A DNA stretch of 64,000 nucleotides from positions 5,704,001-5,768,000 of the forward strand of contig NC_134035.1 in assembly GCF_964204645.1 (NCBI RefSeq), read 5' to 3'. Positions 58,534 to 64,000 of the stretch are shown here, piece by piece. A program made the translations under genes and the position numbers. The notes beneath the pieces were generated by a model. It worked only from the letters and a program-made list of their open reading frames with translations. It was not told the DNA's origin and made no database searches. The stretch comes from Tubulanus polymorphus (taxonomy: Eukaryota > Animalia > Nemertea). The first letter of the stretch is position 1, and the number at the start of each line of letters is the position of its first letter.

Positions 58534-59876
58534 ATTGTAATCTCTAAATATAAACACAAATTTACAGTTGACGCCTCAACAGTTAATGATAATTCAAGGA
58601 AGGTACTCGTTACTTGTACTGTATCTAAACATCATGATCTTAAAACTCATGAATGAATTTCCTACCCAACACCAAATGAACATCTATACAATAATTCATT
58701 CACAACAATTATCTAATCTCTCGCGCTACATCGAATCCTAGATGGCGCCAGGTTGTTCGAACGCACAATTCAAAGTTTCATTTTCACTGAGTTGAAAGTA
58801 ACAAACCCTGCTGATGATATTGAAATTGATGAAATGATAAAAGCGTTTGAATCGTTAATTCAAAAATCATTCAGAGACATTTTGGTTTCCATAGACAAGT
58901 GGCTGTCCAATATCAATTCGTCGTTTTATTTTTATTTTAATTAGATTTTTTTGTCGACTAATTCAGAGACATCTTCTCGTCTTTTACATATAACTCTACC
59001 TCTCTCTGCTCTCTCTCTCTCTCTAGTCTGGTCTGGTCAGTTGCCGTGGCCCAGTGTGTTCTCCATATAATAACGAATTTAGAGGGGCTGCGTTTATATA
59101 GCCGCGTCCTAGCAATAAATACTGAAAACTGAAAAGTAGCTAAATTTTGCAGCAATTATAGCTTTTTGCCGATATAAACTCATCGTAAGCGATGATAGAG
59201 TATTGAGCATCGACTAGACTTTCTTACTGCTGTATAAAGGATCACTATAGGAACGATAGGGCACGTTGCCATTTAAAAATTAGTCAACACAGTGGAGAAC
59301 ACCGGGGCCATAGCTCGCGACCTGGTTAGGGATGGGGATGCGAGTCTGTATTCAGAGCAGGTCGAAAGTGTTTATTTGAGACATTCATATAACAGCAAAC
59401 ATACGTAACATCAAAAATTCATGTATCTACCTAAAACGTATCAATGTAAAACCATTGATACTGCCTGCGTGAGTATCGATACCGTGTATCTTATATTAGT
59501 ATTGACACCGACCATCTCATTTTGTTGACATGTACATAGTAGTCATTGTATTGTATTTACGACAGAGTTGACAAACGAACGTAAAAAAATCACGTTAAAT
59601 TCAGGCAAATTCAAAAGTCTAAACATTTTGTCGTTAAAAGCTGCTATTTTTGGCACTGTAAGCACAGGAGGATATGTTAAAACATAATTAGTTTTCGAAT
59701 TGAATTTCAAAGCGCGTATTCAACAAAAAGTTTTAGGACCATTTTTCTTGGACTTGAGTCATAATTTAGTTTCGCGAAACTCATTCCGAGGATCCAGTTC
59801 TACAGTTGGCTCACGTATTACCTAATTGACAATGATCTTATTCTAACTTGGTCTCAGCGTTAATGCAGCTATCAAC

Positions 59877-60098
59877 CTGCTGTCCGTACACACCCCTTTA
59901 GACATCTGACAGACATTCACCATTTCAATAAGACATGTTTCGCCATCCCCTGTGGTAGTACCCAGGACATCATTGAAATGAATGAGAGTGACAATGTCTG
60001 AACCATCAGTTTTAGACAGAAATTCACCATTTGTGAAAAATGTGTTCATCCAGACTTCGCCATTCAAATGGTCTGAGGGGGTGTGTATAGACAGCAGA
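59877..60098. mobile_element. MITE with ~27-bp inverted termini (CTGCTGTC.(G/A)TACACACCCC)
   Basis: ctgctgtccgtacacacccctttagac / gtctgagggggtgtgtatagacagcag. Confidence 0.65.
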
Positions 60099-61617
60099 TT
60101 GACAGCCGCATAAATCCAACTGTGGAACTGGATCCAGATAGCTTCCATTATAAAAATAACACCCAGGTTTTGTCTCTACAGAACAATATTCCCTTTTTTT
60201 ATCCAGCTCAAAATGTGTTATACACGAATAACTATCAATGGTTACACGATGCGTGGACACCATTTCCGCAGTTGTGACGTCAAATTTGACTTTATAAGAG
60301 TTAAAACATTGAAAACAAACTGATTCGACATCTTAAGAGTCAACTTTAACCGTCAATTGTAGAATTGGGCCCAGAAGCACGTATAAATAATCATTACCAT
60401 AATATAAATACCAGATCGAAACTTCGCATTTCCATTTTAAACATTTCGAATTTATCGAATTCACAATATTCGCAATCCTACTCGCTACGGCAGAATATTT
60501 GAAATTTTTGAATTTTGAAAGTGGCTGTTAGTTAGAGTGCGTTCCGATAAGATCCTCTGCTGTATGCGGCCTACAAATAAATTATTAAACAGCGTATGTA
60601 ATAGATTTTACACAACTCTCTCAATTCCAATTGCTGCTGCTACTAGGGGGAGGGGAGAGGGAGGAGGGTGTAACCATTTCGACCAGATGTGAGAACTACA
60701 CTAGAGTAATTTCAAGACAGGTAAATGAAATATCAGAATTCTTCATCATTTCTAATATCAAATAGTCTTAAATAAAAGATCAATTCTTAATACCAATTAC
60801 ATGCTTGGTCAACATTATAGGACTTCGTTTATGAAAATTTGTGAACTGAAAATCATAGTCAAGTTATTGACTACCAGTAGATTTTAAATAAAGAGACCGG
60901 TGACCGGTTTTACGGACTGGTATTACCTTAAACCCGCTGGCCAACTCAATTGAAAATGAATTAAGTTAGCCCACAGGTTAAAGGTAATATCAGTCTAAAA
61001 AACTGGGCCCAGGATATTTAGACTCCATTCCTGCCACGGAGCCGATTTACTATCACAGAATATCACGCCCCCCTACCCGCCAGCTGAAATACTAAAAATC
61101 TCCCTTCTACAATTCATGGTGACCCATCGCGCGGCTAACACGGTACCGGAATTTGACTGACTCGGAGCAAGGCAATGAGAGTCTACTGTATCAATCCGTA
61201 TCAATTCATAAATCTAGAAACCAGAAAGTGCCTTATATTGAGAGATCTATATGATACAAGCCGAAAATAGGAAAACTTGCTAAATCTAAAATATCTGATG
61301 TTGTTATCATCAATCATCAGATTTCAGCGAGAAGCTGTAGTTCGACTGTATTGGCAGTCGGCGTACTCATATACGGTCAAAACGAAACGCTCGAAAAGAA
61401 TATCCTGATAACCCGTTTTAATTAAGGAGCGATAAATATAAATTACTACGATTCGTTAACGTATAAATCAAATCTCTAACAACGTAAAGTAGTAGAACAA
61501 CGGCAGTCGCACCGCCCGCCGGTCGGAGAACCCGTCTCGACGCGAGGCCGGTGACTATATCAACCTGAATATGTATAGCCGGGAAAACAAAATAACAAGC
61601 GATGATGGTGATGAAAC

Positions 61618-63910
61618 TTAGTTATACTTCGAAGATGAGGAAGCGGCTTTCGACGCGGCCCGCGTCATCATTCGCGATTCTTTATCAGCACCGTTCGAGC
61701 CGGTAATCGGCGTTATCTTGAAGCAGTAGATGTCTAGGTAATCACATATCTGCATACACACGATCGACGAGTATCTTATTAGATCGATCGTGCAGTAAAC
61801 CTACAACGACAAATAGTACGTACAGTTTTAATTAAACATAATGATTCGCAAAATACTATAACTATTTCCACTTGACCTCAGAGGTGCGCATCGCATGCGC
61901 TAGCTCAGTTAGTTTTGCTAGTACATACATGATATAAAGGTTCGTAAGGTAGCCGCATTAACCGGGTTTAGAATAAATAACCAGACGAGTAGTACTATAT
62001 AGGTTATTTATTTATTCAGCTTTCGCTACTAACCTATAGAAGCTTCGATTCACCCGATGAAGATTCTATACATTAGTAGCGAAAGCTCGTGCATCAAATA
62101 AAATAGTTAACAGTACTACTTGTCTCGTTAAGGTCATGATAGAAAAGAGACACCATTTTCTTGAATAAATTAAGTTTAACAACATGCCTACTAACTGAAG
62201 TTTTTTCATATCATCAAAAATTATGGTATGTAGGCATGGAAACACATTGTTAAACATTCATATTCTGGATTCACTTTTCTTTATTCAATCCCTTTCAATG
62301 AAGACTTTTTTGCAATCCTTCAATACAGGGTTTTAGTTCAACTGCCGGTCCATTCCGGTCCTATAAAGACTTTTACCAGGTACGGTATGTACAAACAAAA
62401 CTGACTGAGCTAGGCCACCTGCTGTCCAATCAAGCCAAATGAAATAGACCTCTGAGAACTGAGGTGTACTGTTCGACTAAAATAACCCTAGTTGAAATTT
62501 GAAAAGAATGGACATCAAAAATCTAATAAAGAGTTTCTGAACTGACGGAATATAGGGGTAGGAGGCTTGTACATAATTCTTATAATCGACATTTAGGCCT
62601 ACACAAGAATCGTTTACGATACAGTTCGAATGTACTCATTTTTGTACGGTTTTATAAAATATAGCCTATAGATAAAGAGCACTATAACTGTGATTCAGTC
62701 TGGGGAGACGACACATACTAAGTGCTCAGGAATTGATGAGATCAATTACCCATTTACTTGTGGGTTTGAGTGAGGCAATGAGAATACCAGGGTCTTGCCC
62801 AGGGAGCCTACAGTAATGTACAGGGTTTGACCTGGTTTCCCCAAGTCAAACGCTCTAATCGGTCAACCCCACAGCTGCTGACAGGACATGCCTTACTGAA
62901 CTAATACAAACTATCGAAACGGTTTATTCACAGATTTGGTTGATTTATGGTTCATAGGCGCGACTTTTCACCAGATGGTGTTTTTATAAGAACAATAATC
63001 AGCGCAGGCAATGTTTCACTCTAAATAAATACCCGGTACACATCTGTCACAAACGACGGCTCTATACTTACACAGCACAACCATAATACAACGTATTCCG
63101 AAACTAGCGTGTTAAAATACTGGTTGAAAAATAACATTCCAGGTCCGACGAACACCGAGTCGAGGAAGCTCATTTCACTTTTAGTCATGTGTGCTACCTA
63201 AAAAAAAGAAATAAAAGATCAATATCAATTAGTTCAGCATTGTACGGGACAAAAATTGCTAAAATTATTTCTATTATTAACGGCTGTCAAGCTTTCAATT
63301 GAATTGAGTTGTTGTACTTATATTGAAAATTTTTCTCAACAATAGTAACAGAGTGAAAGCATAAAACCGGCGTGTAGGTTGACAGGTGCTCGCGACGATG
63401 GCAGTCGCAGAGAAGAAGCATTTCTATCTATAGAGAATCCAACACTAATATAATGAGAAAGATGAAGGTCAAAAAGTTTCCTTCAAGCTAATAATTTATT
63501 GTTTCAACATATCGACTATAACCTAATAGTCATCTTCAGGTACACTGAGCAGTATTCTCGAAGATGACTATTAGGATATAGTCGAAACGTTGAATCGATG
63601 AATTATTAGCTTTAAGGAAACTTTTCGGACTTCATATTTCTCGTTTAATTAGCGTGGGATTTTCTATATATCGTCACAACACGGACTTAGTGTAATCTGA
63701 AACGACTTACAAGCATTCAATCGAAAATTTTGAAGTAGGAAAAATATTTACCACTAATTTATTAGTAATTTTTGCGGCTACGATTCCGAAGCTCACCGCG
63801 TACAAACACGGATGATTTACAAATATGTCCGACGTTGATTTAATAGCGATCATCGTCGATAAGATTATCACTGACGCAATCGGGAATAACGGAAACACGA
63901 CGCTGGTGTC
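61618..63910 (-). CDS. CEPT1: Choline/ethanolamine phosphotransferase (CEPT1/CHPT1 family), last three coding exons; the gene begins beyond the right edge
   Basis: Exons 63910-63752, 63197-63072 and 61800-61618, all phase 0. Product: DTSVVFP...[21 protein letters not shown]|[30 protein letters not shown]...|...[16 protein letters not shown]...KYN*. Confidence 0.93.
62700..62872 (-). mobile_element. Decayed tRNA-derived SINE-like fragment
   Basis: The minus strand begins with a tRNA-like head (gggttgaccgattagagcgtttgact...aggtcaaaccctg), followed by cctgggcaagac...ttgcctcactcaaaccca..agtaaatgggta, which resembles invertebrate SINE bodies. Confidence 0.45.
63455..63642. mobile_element. Palindromic Penelope-like remnant carrying two oppositely oriented hammerhead-like motifs, in a CEPT1 intron
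   Basis: ~85-bp imperfect inverted arms. Minus strand: CTGAAGA-T-GACTAT/ATAGTC-GATA. Plus strand: (TC)GAAGA-T-GACTAT/ATAGTC-GAAACGTT. Confidence 0.6.
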
Positions 63911-64000
63911 CTGAAATTACAATATACAATATGTCTACTTAAACGCGCCGTTGGTTTTTTAATAATTCGACCAATGAAACTGAGAATCGGTCTTCTGTTC

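Noticed and set aside
59304-59368. tRNA-Ala-like start GGGGCCATAGCTC
   Set aside because: No cloverleaf, no proper T-loop and no acceptor-stem partner.
59843-60148. 101-aa minus-strand ORF
   Set aside because: Spans two MITEs in the probable CEPT1 3' region.

Overview
Intron-rich eukaryotic (animal, lophotrochozoan-like invertebrate; taxon not determinable with certainty) genomic DNA, so most listed six-frame ORFs are spurious or single exons. Genes reconstructed by eye from GT-AG junctions and frame continuity: the 5' part of an SLC22-type transporter (-, runs off the left edge); an unnamed 9-exon, ~438-aa secreted or surface protein with two tandem 12-Cys domains (+, 4145-24329), whose 14.8-kb first intron holds a complete antisense LASP1 gene with a (CUG)64 tract in its probable 3' UTR; ACSS3 (+, 15 exons, two duplicated alternative last exons, a frameshifted intronless GPCR in intron 3 and an inverted decayed GPCR copy next to its promoter); RPIA (+, mitochondrial-presequence-like extension, TIR element inserted into the intron-1 donor); a 110-aa secreted FOLN-like + three-disulfide WAP-like peptide; a BC-box/LRR protein; and the 3' end of CEPT1/CHPT1 (-). 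Introns and intergenic DNA carry many MITEs (TA, TWA/CWG, TTAA and unusual 5- and 6-bp TSDs), minisatellites and Penelope-type hammerhead-ribozyme remnants. No rRNA, convincing tRNA or CRISPR array was seen. All calls come from visual reading; no searches were run.
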